Shown piece after piece: positions 49,347-64,000 of a stretch of 64,000 nt of DNA. The stretch lies in assembly GCA_009914755.4 (NCBI GenBank), contig CP086569.2, forward strand, positions 14,816,001 through 14,880,000. The letters are read 5' to 3'. The notes below the pieces were generated by a model, which did no database searches, was not told the origin of the DNA, and saw only the letters and a program-made list of their open reading frames with translations. Position numbers and translations under genes: made by a program. The number at the start of each line of letters is the position of its first letter. The first letter of the stretch is position 1. The stretch is from the human T2T-CHM13v2.0 reference genome, Homo sapiens.

Positions 49347-49868
49347 TACAAATTGTGATGATGAATTTAATAAGTGACCTTGACCGGGCTAAGGGATGAC
49401 CAGATGGTTGGAAAGACATTTATTTCTGGCTGTCTCTGTAATGGTATTTCCAGAGGGATTAGCATTTGGATCAGAGGGGTTTTTTTTGGGAGCGGGGGTG
49501 AGGGGTCCTGATTAGCATAAGTCCACAGCAACCACCAAAAATGTGAATGCTGCTTGCTTTCCATAGTGACTGCTTGAGTTACCTCCCACATAGGACACCT
49601 AGGGTGTGTTGCTCCCAGGCCGTGGGATGGATTCAGAGATAATACCATCAACACCAATGTATCAACACAATGCCTGAACATTCCTAGACAGAGATTTAAG
49701 TGGTGTGGTAGACAAGGGATCAAGAAGGATGCCAGAATGAAGGGAAGAAATCTGGAAAAACCAAGAGAATTGCAGAAAACCAGATCCAGGGCTCTAATAA
49801 TCTGTGAGAGCCTATGTAGACTTCTGTCTAGGATGAGTCAATGACTTACCATTTAAGAGCACAGAGTT

Positions 49869-50280
<412 letters not shown>

Positions 50281-50497
50281 TTAATGAATCAAAAATCAAC
50301 AATGAAATATTGATCCTGAAAATGTGACCAAATTTTGGTGCCTGGTGAAATGGAAATTCTGAGCGAAGAAAAAAGTGTAGTCCTTGCTCTTAACTTGCTT
50401 AAAAAACAAACTAGTAGAAGATATACAAACTATTATTATAAATGAGGAGTACAGTAACTAGTGACATATATAAGCTTCATTTGTTATTGTCCATTCC

Positions 50498-50801
<304 letters not shown>

Positions 50802-53532
50802 TGAGATCTCTATTGTACAGAGTGTGAGTCCAGAAATTTTCTTGGAGAAAGTCGGTCTTCAGTTGGGCTTAACATGATGGAGTTTAGCAGAAAATAAGGA
50901 GAGGGAAGAACATCAAGCTGGCAATTATGTGGGAAGGATATAGAGCTAGGTATGCACAGGACATATTTCTAAGAGAGGGAGAGAGAAGGCTGGCATTTTG
51001 GGGTAGAGAAACCTATTTGAATCATTTTATACTTTGACCACATATTTTGAAAAATGGATCTCTCCCTCTCATGCCTTCATTTGTTTTTACGTTTGCATTG
51101 AAATATCATCCACCTCAACTCATTTTCACCTTGTATTTCAAATAAATAAAGTCATAAATGAAATATTTTAGTAAGTGAGGAAATTTTCACACACAAAAAC
51201 CCAATATACTGGTAATTGTAAATTTCAGCAATAAAAATTAGTTTATACACACTACCCTAAATAAGCCATAGATACTGAGACATAAGGTACGGTCCTCACC
51301 CTGGAATAGGCTATTATCCCTCTAAGAAGTGTAAAAATCCACATGTATGTGTGATTATATCAGGGGCTACTGTCTGGTGATAGTGGTAAGGTAGTTCAAA
51401 GAAGGAGAGACCACTTCATGCTGTGGGGATTATCACAGGTAGCAATGGAATGGATGAATTTTGAAAGTTGGATAGAGTTGCTGCAGATGGCCATGGTGGG
51501 GTGGGGGATATCAGTGAAAAGAGTCAGAAAGAAATAAAGATGAGAAGGTGAGAACACACACTTGTCTTTGTTTTCATAACCTGTTTGCTATTAAGCCTTT
51601 TTCAGAGTGTTGGTAAGGCCAATAGTTACAAATATCATGGCACAAACTAGTGAAGGGGACTCAAGGTGAAAGGCTTTACTTTCCTGATATGTATTAGGGA
51701 GCACCTGAAGATAGGGCAGACTCTAAATCAAAGTAAGACTGGAGTTAAATGGGGCCAGGAGAAGAGAAAACTCCATGATCCTGCAGCCTAGCCCAGGTAG
51801 CAGTGTGGTAAAACTTGCCATTGGAATGATTGGTGATTGTTACCGTTTTTCATGCCCTTTAATTGGAATTGCTGACAGGATCTTGTTCTCAAAACTGTCG
51901 GAAGCATTCTTCTGAGAATAGTTTTTGTGAACCTTGCAAGTTCAGAAGAGGGCAAGGTAGTAGAAATAAAGAAAAAGGGAAAAAGAGAAAGGAAAAAAAG
52001 GGAAAATATTCAAGGGTTAAAACAAAATGAACTGGATTCACTTTTAATCCATTTACATGATCTTGTGATGTTTCCATGGACTTGCTTCATGCTTTTAGCT
52101 ATTTTCTACCAATTACACTGGGAGACATGACGGTGTGCAAGTACAGGGAAGACTATTTTCTGATCATTTCTCATTAAAGTGGAAAAGTACTTTTATTTTG
52201 CAAAGAAACTTAAGGTTTGTCAAGTTTTTCTGAGTGATTGAAGCTGACCCTTCTTTTTTAAAAATGTCTTTTGGTCTCATCTGCAATTACTCTAAAGGTC
52301 TTTAGAGACACATAGAAGTGCAGGTTACAGATTTTATTCCCACATCTTTGCTCTTTGATGTGGCTCTAAATGGTTAATTGGAATGAGAGAGAACTCCTCT
52401 AGGAAGAAAAAGAAAGTAGAGGTCTTTGTAGACAAAGAGATTCTTTTTGTTCCATTTACCAAATTGGAAGCGAGGGGATTGCTGCTAGAGGTCTTGCTCT
52501 GGCTCAGATGCAAACATTCTTCTCCTACTAATAAGAACTGCTTGATATCAACTTCACTGCATCCTAGTACTCACTGTAGCCATGTAGCATGATAATTAAG
52601 CCCGACACCCCTGTCTCTGCTTCTGGCGCCAAATGTCATGACTTACATGGGATACAAGACATAAATTAATCCTTATTCTTAATGCAGTCTCCTGTACTTC
52701 ATTTACATAGCCAGAGTATTGTCTCAATCCTGCCCTGTGTCATACTATAGGACTTGATGTAAATCATAGCATTAGATTTGGAAAGAAAACATTTCCCCTG
52801 AAGCGTTTAAGGTCTTAAGCTGAGCCCTTGAGTCAGCAAATAAGTAGTGCTACAAAAATGCCTACAAACAGAGGGGAAAAAACACCACAAATAGAGCTGT
52901 GTCAAGGACAATGCTAGTTTAGGGAAAGCAGGTGATGACAAAAAACCCAGGAAAGTTTGATTGGCATCTCAATGGGTGGATATCACCTCCATGCTGCAGA
53001 TAAACTAATACTTTTGAGTATGTGCTTTGAGCTAGGGCCTTTCCAAGCCTCATTTACTTTTCTGAGTTAACTAGTAAGGCAGAAACAATTACTCCCGTGT
53101 GATGTACTTGAGGTAGCATAGCATAATGTCATGAGCTGGCGTTTTGTTAAGTCTCAGGAATAGCTGTCTTCTATGTGTGATGTTGGGCATTTAGTAAAAG
53201 AGAATTAGCAACTGCATCTGCCCTCTCAGGAGCCTATGAAGATCAAATGTAACCCCACATGTAAAGCATTGAACCTCTAGCTCCTTTCAAATGCTCAAAA
53301 TATGCTAATTATTATCGTACAAAAATCAGTCATGAGGCTTAAAGAAGCATATTTGGTCCAATTTCGCATAACTAACAAGTTCCATGACTACTCTTGACTA
53401 TAAATAACTAATCATAGACTAAATAATTCTGAGCAAAAAATCCCTTTCTTATGCACCTCTGCACACCGGTACAGAGGAACTAAAAGAATCGTTGGCAGAT
53501 TACACCAAACCAGTTTTCTCCACAACGCCTCG

Positions 53533-53534
<2 letters not shown>

Positions 53535-53572
<38 letters not shown>
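53535..53572. repeat. Pure T38 mononucleotide run.
   Basis: There are 38 consecutive T between cgtc and actatttt, with no adjacent Alu body. Confidence 0.95.
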
Positions 53573-53580
<8 letters not shown>

Positions 53581-54239
53581 CATCTGAAGATTAATTGTGC
53601 TTCTTGACAGATGCTGTTCAGTCCATGCCCATGGCTAGGAAAGACCAGACCAAAGAATGCTTCTCATCTGAGGCCAAAAGTTGGGCAGGCAACTAGAATC
53701 TGCTCTTGCTAAAGACCCAAATAAGCACCCCTCTGATCTTAGGTCCAGCAACCACAGAGAAAAGATAGTTCATCAACCGCATCACAGATCTTTACAGCTG
53801 GTTCATCCATGCCTTTTACTGTAAATGTAGCAGGATTATAAAATTCAATTTGTAATTCCTGCTGCTCTAGAGGAAGCCTTTGTGTCCATCCTCAAGGCAT
53901 GGTGACTTGACAGTACCCAGGAATGGAAAAAGAATAAAAACGCTACACCTTTTTCTATCGAGAAGAGACACCAACCCGAGATGTTATTAAGAGTTCTAAA
54001 TAGGAAACAGTTTATTTTTTTACATTTCTATTTTATTTTAGATTCAGGGAGCACATGTACAGATTTGTTATAAGGATATTTTGCCTGATGCTGATGTTTG
54101 GGCTTCTACCGATCCCATCACCCAGATAGTCAACACAGTACCCTAAAGGAAGGTTTTTCAGCCCATAGCCCACTCCTTCTCTCCCCTGTTTTGAAGTCCT
54201 CAGGGTCTATTGTTACCATCTTTATGTCCATGTGGATCC

Positions 54240-54500
54240 AGGGGTTAGCTCTCACTTATAAGTGAGAAAATGTGATGTTTGATTTTCTGTTCTGTGCTAA
54301 TTTCTTTAGGACAATGGTCAGCTGCATCCATGTTGCTGCAAAGGACAGGATTTCATTTTTTTTTTTTATGGCGGCACAGTATTCCATGGCGTATATGGAT
54401 TTCTTTCTTTTTCTATTGCTGCACAGTACCTCAGGGTGTATATGCACCACATTTACAAAAATCCAGTCCACCACTGTTGGGCACCTGGGTTGATTCTGAG
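54240..54500 (-). mobile_element. Old LINE-1 ORF2-C-terminal fragment, minus orientation, with a small internal duplication.
   Basis: ctcacttataagtgagaaaatgtgatgtttgattttctgttctgtgctaatttctttaggacaatggtcagctgcatccatgttgctgcaaaggacaggatttcatttttttttttatggcggcacagtattccatggcgtatatgg… is the complement of the L1 segment …ccatggaatactatgcagccataaaaa…ctcataagtgggagc. The motif atggc(g/t)gcacagta(t/c)…gtatat occurs twice. Confidence 0.6.
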
Positions 54501-54799
54501 TCATGATGTTTGGGACCAGAAGTAGAAAGAGAGGTAGGGGGTAATTGTCATGCTACATGCCTACAATGAGTAATAGGATGCAGTGACGTTGACATCAAGC
54601 AGTGCTTATTAGTAGGAGAAGAATTTATGCATCTGGGCAGAGCAAGACCTCTAGCAGCACTGCCCCCAGCTGCCTGCCAATTTTGTAAATGGAACAAAAA
54701 GAACCTCTGTGTCTACCAATACCTCTATTTTCTTTTCCTTCCTAGAGGAGTTATCTCATTCCAATTGTCCATTTAGAGTCACATCAAAGAGCAAAACTA

Positions 54800-54890
54800 G
54801 AACTAAAACTAGAACTAAGAATGAAAACTAGAACTCCCATTTGATCCAGAAATCCCATTAATGGGTAGACACCCAAAGGAAACAATTTCT
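54800..54890 (+). mobile_element. Short LINE-1 ORF2 fragment in plus orientation, preceded by an (AACTAG)-like repeat.
   Basis: aactagaactaaaactagaactaagaatgaaaactagaactcccatttgatccagaaatcccattaatgggtagacacccaaaggaaacaatttc matches L1 …ctagaactagaaataccatttgacccagcaatcccattactgggtatatacccaaaggaa. Confidence 0.5.
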
Positions 54891-55658
54891 AAGGGCAAGA
54901 GTTTCTATGTGACCATTCCTTTACGATGAGCCTTTTTATTGGAGTAAAAAAAAAAATTACTCCTTGCCCTTCCCCACCGCCGCCACAAAAAAAATATAGT
55001 GATTTCCAATCAAGATAGCTCAGCATGTCGAACCCCTTCCACTTTAAACAGGCAGCAATGCAGGTAAATGCTATGGAGAAAATTTAGATACAGATAGGAC
55101 AAAGCCAGGGGTCTGATAACAGGTCTCAACATTCACCAAGAGTTTTCTTCTGCTGAAATAACCAAGACTTCATCTTCCTTACCTAGGCGGGAGAATTGGA
55201 ATAGATTTACCCAAATAAATCCAGAGGAAAGCAAGCTGAGAGAAACAGGTTTCTTACGCTGCTTGGAGTTTAGCTTATTTTAAGTGTGTAGGCTTAGGGT
55301 TGAGACACATAACCAGGAACTAAAATATCTACCTCCCTGGCTTAGTGAGAAGAGGATCAGCCATCTTCCTACTCTCATCATGGGCAGGGAATACTGAGCC
55401 TTGATACCTGATGTCCCTTTGGACTGAGGACTCTGGAACGTGGCGAAGGGAGTTAAGGAACCTAAAGACTGGAAGATTTAATGCGTGAAAGTATATTTCC
55501 TTCTTTAAGTGAAGCTGAAAATACAAATTCACAAGCATGTAGAGAAATATAAGAATATAAAGGACAACCAATAAAACCAGTGATTGCAGGATAAATATAG
55601 TCCACAGGAAGCTAAAAAAAATTGGAAATGTATCTAAGATTTTATAATAACAATTATT

Positions 55659-55950
55659 GGCTGGGTGCGGTGGCTCACACCTATAATTCCAGCGCTTTGG
55701 GAGGCTGAGGCAGATGTATCACTTGAGCTCCTGAGTTGGAGACCAGCCTGGGCAAGATGGCGAAACCCCATCTCTACAAAAAACACAAAAAATAGCCAGG
55801 CATGGTGGTATGTGCCTGTAGTTTGAACTTCTCAGGAGTCTGAGTTGGGAGGATGGCTTGAGCCTGGAAGGTGGAGGTTTTAGTGGGCCGAGATCATGCC
55901 ACTGCACTTAAGCCTGAATGGCAGAGCCAGAACCTGTCTCAAATAAATAA
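55659..55950 (+). mobile_element. Old Alu SINE (AluJ-like).
   Basis: ggctgggtgcggtggctcacacctataattccagcgctttgggaggctgaggcagatgtatcacttgagctcctgagttggagaccagcctgggcaagatggcgaaaccccatctctacaaaaaacacaaaaaatagccaggcatggtggtatgtgcctgtagtttgaacttctcaggagtctgagttgggaggatggcttgagcctggaaggtggaggttttagtgggccgagatcatgccactgcacttaagcctgaatggcagagccagaacctgtctcaaataaata. Confidence 0.85.
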
Positions 55951-56011
55951 CCATTGTTTATGTCCAAATGTATATATGAAAGTAGTACATGATTAAAACA
56001 AAAAGACGAGA

Positions 56012-56307
56012 GGCCTGGCACAGTGGCTCATGCTTGTAATCCCGCACTTTGAGAAGCTGAGGCATGAGGATTGCTTGAGGTCAGGAGTTTGAGACCAGCC
56101 TAGATAACATAGGAGACCCCGCCCCTAAATAAAGAAAAGTAAATCAGCCAGATACAGTGGTGCGTGCCTATAGTCCCAGCTACTTGGGAGGCTGAGGTGG
56201 GAGGATCACTTGAGCTCAGCAGTTCAAGGCTGCAGTGAGACATGAGACCTGATCATGTCACTGCACTCTAGCCTGGGTGACAAAAGAGTGAGACCCTGTG
56301 TCTAAAA

Positions 56308-56346
<39 letters not shown>
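56012..56346 (+). mobile_element. Old Alu SINE (AluJ-like) carrying an unusually long pure A36 tail (56311..56346).
   Basis: gaggcctggcacagtggctcatgcttgtaatcccgcactttgagaagctgaggcatgaggattgcttgaggtcaggagtttgagaccagcctagataacataggagacc…gccagatacagtggtgcgtgcctatagtcccagctacttgggaggctgaggtgggaggatcacttgagctcagcagttcaaggctgcagtgagacatg…cactgcactctagcctgggtgacaaaagagtgagaccctgtgtctaaaaagc followed by A36. Confidence 0.85.
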
Positions 56347-56350
<4 letters not shown>

Positions 56351-56519
56351 CTGGGGGGCCAGACATGGAATAAAGATGGATTTTAAGAAGACACCACTGG
56401 AAATATTGAATATAAACAATATATTCTTTATAGCAATAATAATTTTTTTTAAAAAAACTATGCAAGTACTAAACTGGGCAAATCCAAATACAGAATTTGT
56501 GACCAGGATAGAAGTGTGC

Positions 56520-57034
56520 AAAAATTACTCAGAGCCTAGCACTGTGGTAGAATAAAATAAAAAATATGAAAGAGGAGTTAAGCAATCTGGAGAATAGACA
56601 GAAAAACTACCACATACATTTAGTTAAAGTTCCAGAAGAAAATAAACATTTTAGGAAATGATAACTGGTTACTATATCAAAATTAAGAAAAGCAAAATCA
56701 GTTCAGTCAAAACTGCAATCAACTATCAAGCAGGATAAGTAAAAAACAACTAAATCCTAGACAATCATGGTGAAACTGCACAATATCAAGGATAAAGATC
56801 AAATGACTCAATGTACCAGGTAAAAAGCAGTTTACCTGAAATGAATTGCAATTACAGTGCAGCAGATTTCTAATTTGCAAAAATAATGCCAGAAGGTAAT
56901 GGAAATGGAAAATATACAACTGTCTCCTCTCAGAAATTGTTAGAACAAATATGTGTTTTAAAAAATTACTAAGGGCATACAATATTTGAAAAATATGCTC
57001 AAACAACTTAATTGATGACTTAATTGAATACTCT
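56520..57034 (+). mobile_element. Old LINE-1 (L1M-class) ORF1-region fragment; segment 1 of a host L1M later split by two insertions.
   Basis: …catcaagcaggataagtaaaaaacaactaaatcctagacaatcatggtgaaactgcacaatatcaaggataaagatcaaat…gcagtttacctgaaatgaattgcaattacagtgcagc… corresponds to L1M ORF1 (caccaagcaggataaatacaaagaaaaccacacctaggcacatcatagtaaaactgctgaaaaccaaagacaaagagaaaatc…). Confidence 0.6.
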
Positions 57035-57400
57035 AGCCCAGGGGTCCTCAAACCCCAGGCTGTGGACTGGTCCTGGTCTGTGGCCTGTTACACTGGGCAC
57101 AGCAGGAGGTGAGCAGCCTGCAAGCAAGACTTACTACCTGAGTTCTGTCTCCTGTCAGATCAGTGGTGGCATTAGATTCCCATAGGAGCACAAACCCTAT
57201 TGTGAACTATGCACACCAGAGATCTAGGTTGCACACTCTTTATGATAATTTAAGTAATGCCTGATGATCTGAGGTGGAACAGGTTCATCCTGAAACAATT
57301 TCCCACCCCACCCAACCTCATCCCTGTCTGTGAAAAAATTGTCTTCCATGAAACTGGTCCCTAGTGCCAAAAAGTTTGAGGACCACTGCTCTACACAATA
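57035..57400. mobile_element. MITE-like nonautonomous DNA transposon with ~15-bp terminal inverted repeats, inserted into the L1M.
   Basis: 5' end ccaggggtcctcaaaccccaggctgtggactggtcctgg. 3' end ctggtccctagtgccaaaaagtttgaggaccactg (reverse complement cagtggtcctcaaactttttggcac…). Internal gatcagtggtggcattagattcccataggagcacaaaccctattgtgaactatgcacaccagagatctaggttgcacactctttatgataatttaagtaatgcctgatgatctgaggtggaacag matches a mammalian DNA-transposon MITE consensus whose family name I cannot fix with confidence. Confidence 0.6.
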
Positions 57401-58019
57401 GTAGAATAGATATTTTTTTCCAAAAAACAAATAAAACATTTATCAAGAGATGCTATGCTCTCAGTAAAAAAGTCTCAATTATTTTAAAATGATTGAAAAT
57501 ATATACAATGTATTCACTGATTTTAAAAAATTAGAAATAAATAACAAAAAGTATCTGGGAAATCCCAATATAAGCAACATGCTGCTAAAAACTTACAAGA
57601 CAAAATAGGAATGACAAGGGAAATTAGAAAATATTTAAAACTGATGATAAAAGACTCAATCCATCAAAATGTGTGAGGTGCAGCTAAAGCATGCTTAGAG
57701 GAAAACTTACAGCATTAATGGCTCAGACTAGAAAATAAGAAACGTCCAAAATCAACAACTGGTGATTTCACTCAAGTAGAAAATAATGACAAATTAAACC
57801 CAAATAAAGTGAAAGACAGTAAATAATAAAGATAATATTAAAAATCATAGAAACAGAAAAAGAACAAATAATGTCAAAATCAACCAAACCAAATGTGGTA
57901 CATTGAAAAAGATTATTAAAATTTATAAACCCTTTAGTTAGACTGATCCAATATGGGGCAAGGGAGGAAGGAAGAGGAAGAGAAGGAGGGAGAGAGAGAA
58001 ATTGAGTGATTTATGGTAT
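57401..58019 (+). mobile_element. L1M-class LINE-1 fragment (ORF2 end-of-EN/linker region); segment 2 of the host L1M.
   Basis: …gaaaattagaaaatatttaaaactgatgataaaagactcaatccatcaaaatgtgtgaggtgcagctaaagcatgcttagaggaaaacttacagcattaatggctc…tcaaccaaaccaaatgtggtacattgaaaaagattattaaaatttataaaccctttagttagactgatccaa matches old-L1 ORF2 (…aatttgtgggatgcagctaaagcagtgcttagagggaaatttatagcactaaatgc…atcaatgaaaccaaaagctggttctttgaaaagatcaataaaattgacaaacctctagccagactgaccaa). Confidence 0.7.
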
Positions 58020-58110
58020 ATATTTTTTTATTATTATACTTTAAGTTTTAGGGTACATGTGCAGGTTAGTTACATATGTATACATGTGACATGCTGGTGT
58101 GCTGCACTCA

Positions 58111-62055
<3,945 letters not shown>

Positions 62056-62289
62056 TATGATGTTAGCTGGTTATTTTGCTCGTTAGTTGATGCAATTTCT
62101 TCCTAGCCTCAATGGTCTTTACATTTTGGCATGATTTTGCAGCGGCTTGTACCGGTTGTTCCTTTCCATGTTTAGTGCTTCCTTCAGGAGCTCTTTTAGG
62201 GCAGGCCTGGTGGTGACAAAATCTCTCAGCATTTGCTTCTCTGTAAAGTATTTTATTTCTCCTTCACTTATGAAGCTTAGTTTGGCTGG

Positions 62290-62616
62290 TTATGAAATTC
62301 TGGGTTGAAAACTCTTTTCTTTAAGATTGTTGAATTTTGGCCCCCACTCTCTTCTGGCTTGTAGAGTTTCTGCTGAGAGATCCGCTGTTAGTCTGATGGG
62401 CTTCCCTTTGAGGGTAACCCAACCTTTCTCTCTGGCTGCCCTTAACATTTTTTCCTTCATTTCAACTTTGGTGAATCTGACAATTATGTGTCTTGGAGTT
62501 GCTCTTCTCCAGGAGTATCTTTGTGGCGTTCTCTGTATTTCCTGAATCTGAATGTTGGCCTGCCTTGCTAGATTGGGGAAGTTCTCCTGGATAATATCCT
62601 GCAGAGTGTTTTCCAA
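62290..62616 (-). pseudogene. L1 ORF1 C-terminal portion only; the N-terminal half and distal 5'UTR are deleted.
   Basis: The 108-aa ORF MENTLQDIIQENFPNLARQANIQIQEIQRTPQRYSWRRATPRHIIVRFTKVEMKEKMLRAAREKGWVTLKGKPIRLTADLSAETLQARREWGPKFNNLKEKSFQPRIS matches L1 ORF1p residues ~150-260. Upstream it abuts 5'UTR sequence directly. Confidence 0.85.
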
Positions 62617-63341
62617 CTTGGTTCCAACTTGGTTTCCAACTTGGAGGAGGCAGTGTGCCTGTTCTCAGATCTCTAGCTGTGTGCTGGGAGAACCACTGCT
62701 CTCTTCAAAGCTGTCAGACAGGGACATTTAAGTCTGCAGAGGTTACTTCTGTCTTTTTGTTTGTCTGTGCCCTGCCCCCAGAGGTGGAGCCTACAGGGGC
62801 AGGCAGGCCTCCTTTAGCTGTGGTGGGCTCCACCCAGTTGGAGCTTCCAGGCTGCTTTATCTAAGCCAGCCTGGCCAATGGTGGGCGCCCCTCCCCCAGC
62901 CTTGCTGCTGCCTTGCAGTTTGATCTCAGACTGCTGTGCTAGCAATCAGCGAGACTCCATGGGCGTAGGACCCTCCGAGCCATGTGCGGGATATAATCTC
63001 GTGGTGTGCCATTTTTTAAGCCCATCAGAAAAGCGCAGTATTTGGGTGGGAGTGACCCGATTTTCCAGGTGCTGTCTGTCACCGCTTTCTTTGACTCGGA
63101 AAGGGAACTCCCTGACCCCTTGCACTTCCCGAGTGAGGCAATGCCTTGCCCTGCTTCGGCTCGCAGACGGTGTGCTGCACCCACTGACCCACGCCCACTG
63201 TCTGGCACTCCCTAGTGAGATGAACCTGGTGCCTCAGATGGAAATGCAGAAATCATAAGTCTTCTGTGTCACTCACCCTGGGAGCTGTGGACTGGAGGTG
63301 TTCCTATTTAGCCATCTTGGCTCCTCCCCGATTTATGGTAT

Positions 63342-64000
63342 TAAGAAAAGAATGGAAGACATATCTAAAGTTATTACATGATATTAAGGGCATAATATGA
63401 GAAATTCATGCCAACAAAGTTAAACACTTAGATACAATGGACATTAGCAAATTACCAAAACAGATGTTACCAAACCAGAAAAGCCCTGAAATTGAATTTG
63501 TAATTAGAACCTTCTTCCAAAGAAAATTTAAGACCAAAAACCTCATTGATGCATTCTAAGAAAAATCAAGAGAAGAAATAATATGAAACTTTACAAACTC
63601 TTTCAGAAAATAAAAGAGAAAACACTATATCATATATTTTAATAAAAGTGGCATAACTCTAATACCTGAAAAAGACAAGAATTGTTTATGAAATGAAACA
63701 AACACCAAAATCCTTAACAAAATTATATTCAGTATTAATTAAGAATAAAGAAGTAATATATTTGGCAAAGTGAGATTTATTCTTTATTCCACAAATGCAA
63801 GGTTAGTTCAATACTAACAAGATCAATCTGTTTAATTTGTTGTATTATTAATATAAAAGAGAAAAACATAGTAATTTCAGTAGCGGTAGAAAGGGCTTTT
63901 GATAAAATTCAAGACCCAGTTATGATTTTGGAATTTTTATTGTGAAAGACCAAATAGTTTCCAGTAAAACAAGGGATAAAAAGACTATTTGCTCTCATTT
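63342..64000 (+). mobile_element. L1M-class LINE-1 ORF2 (RT-proximal) fragment; segment 3 of the host L1M, continuing beyond the window.
   Basis: …gaaattgaatttgtaattagaaccttcttccaaagaaaatttaagaccaaaaacctcattgatgcattctaagaaaaatcaagagaagaaataatatgaaactttacaaactctttcagaaaataaaagag…gaaagggcttttgataaaattcaagaccc matches old-L1 ORF2 (…gaaattgaatttgtaattaaaaaccttcccacaaagaaaactccaggcccagatggcttcactggtgaattctaccaaacatttaaggaagaaataataccaattctacacaaactcttccagaaaatagaagag…gcagaaaaagcatttgacaaaattcaacaccc). Confidence 0.75.

Overview
This window reads as primate (almost certainly human) nuclear DNA, not a prokaryotic locus. It is AT-rich, CpG-poor and packed with retrotransposons. I can support no host protein-coding gene, rRNA/tRNA gene, CRISPR array or operon-like system. 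The only long ORFs are decayed LINE-1 ORF1/ORF2 reading frames or translations of microsatellites.

Three near-full-length L1PA elements dominate:
- 1..6081 (+), cut at its 5' end by the window edge.
- 42470..48650 (+), full-length with 5'UTR.
- 58020..63329 (-), bounded by a perfect 12-bp target-site duplication and nested inside an older L1M (+).

Both + copies keep the ~130-bp 5'UTR segment that is deleted in L1PA2/L1HS, so they are L1PA3-old or older. All their ORFs carry stops or frameshifts. About 16 Alu or Alu-derived elements are present. They include a CpG-rich AluY with a clean TSD, and several with expanded (GAAA)n, (CAAA)n or (AAAT)n tails. Older L1 fragments include two inverted-fragment pairs. 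There are also MaLR LTRs (THE1/MST-like and MLT1-like), a MADE1 mariner MITE whose hairpin arms closely match the miR-548 family, and two other MITE-like DNA-transposon relics with terminal inverted repeats.

Notable simple repeats:
- A ~530-bp pure polypyrimidine/polypurine (TTTC)n tract.
- A ~560-bp Bkm-like (GATA)n(GACA)n compound tract, immediately next to an Alu carrying a 14-bp TSD.
- A pure T38 run and a pure A36 run.

All repeat-family names come from recognising consensus motifs by eye. RepeatMasker/Dfam would be needed to confirm subfamilies and exact boundaries.
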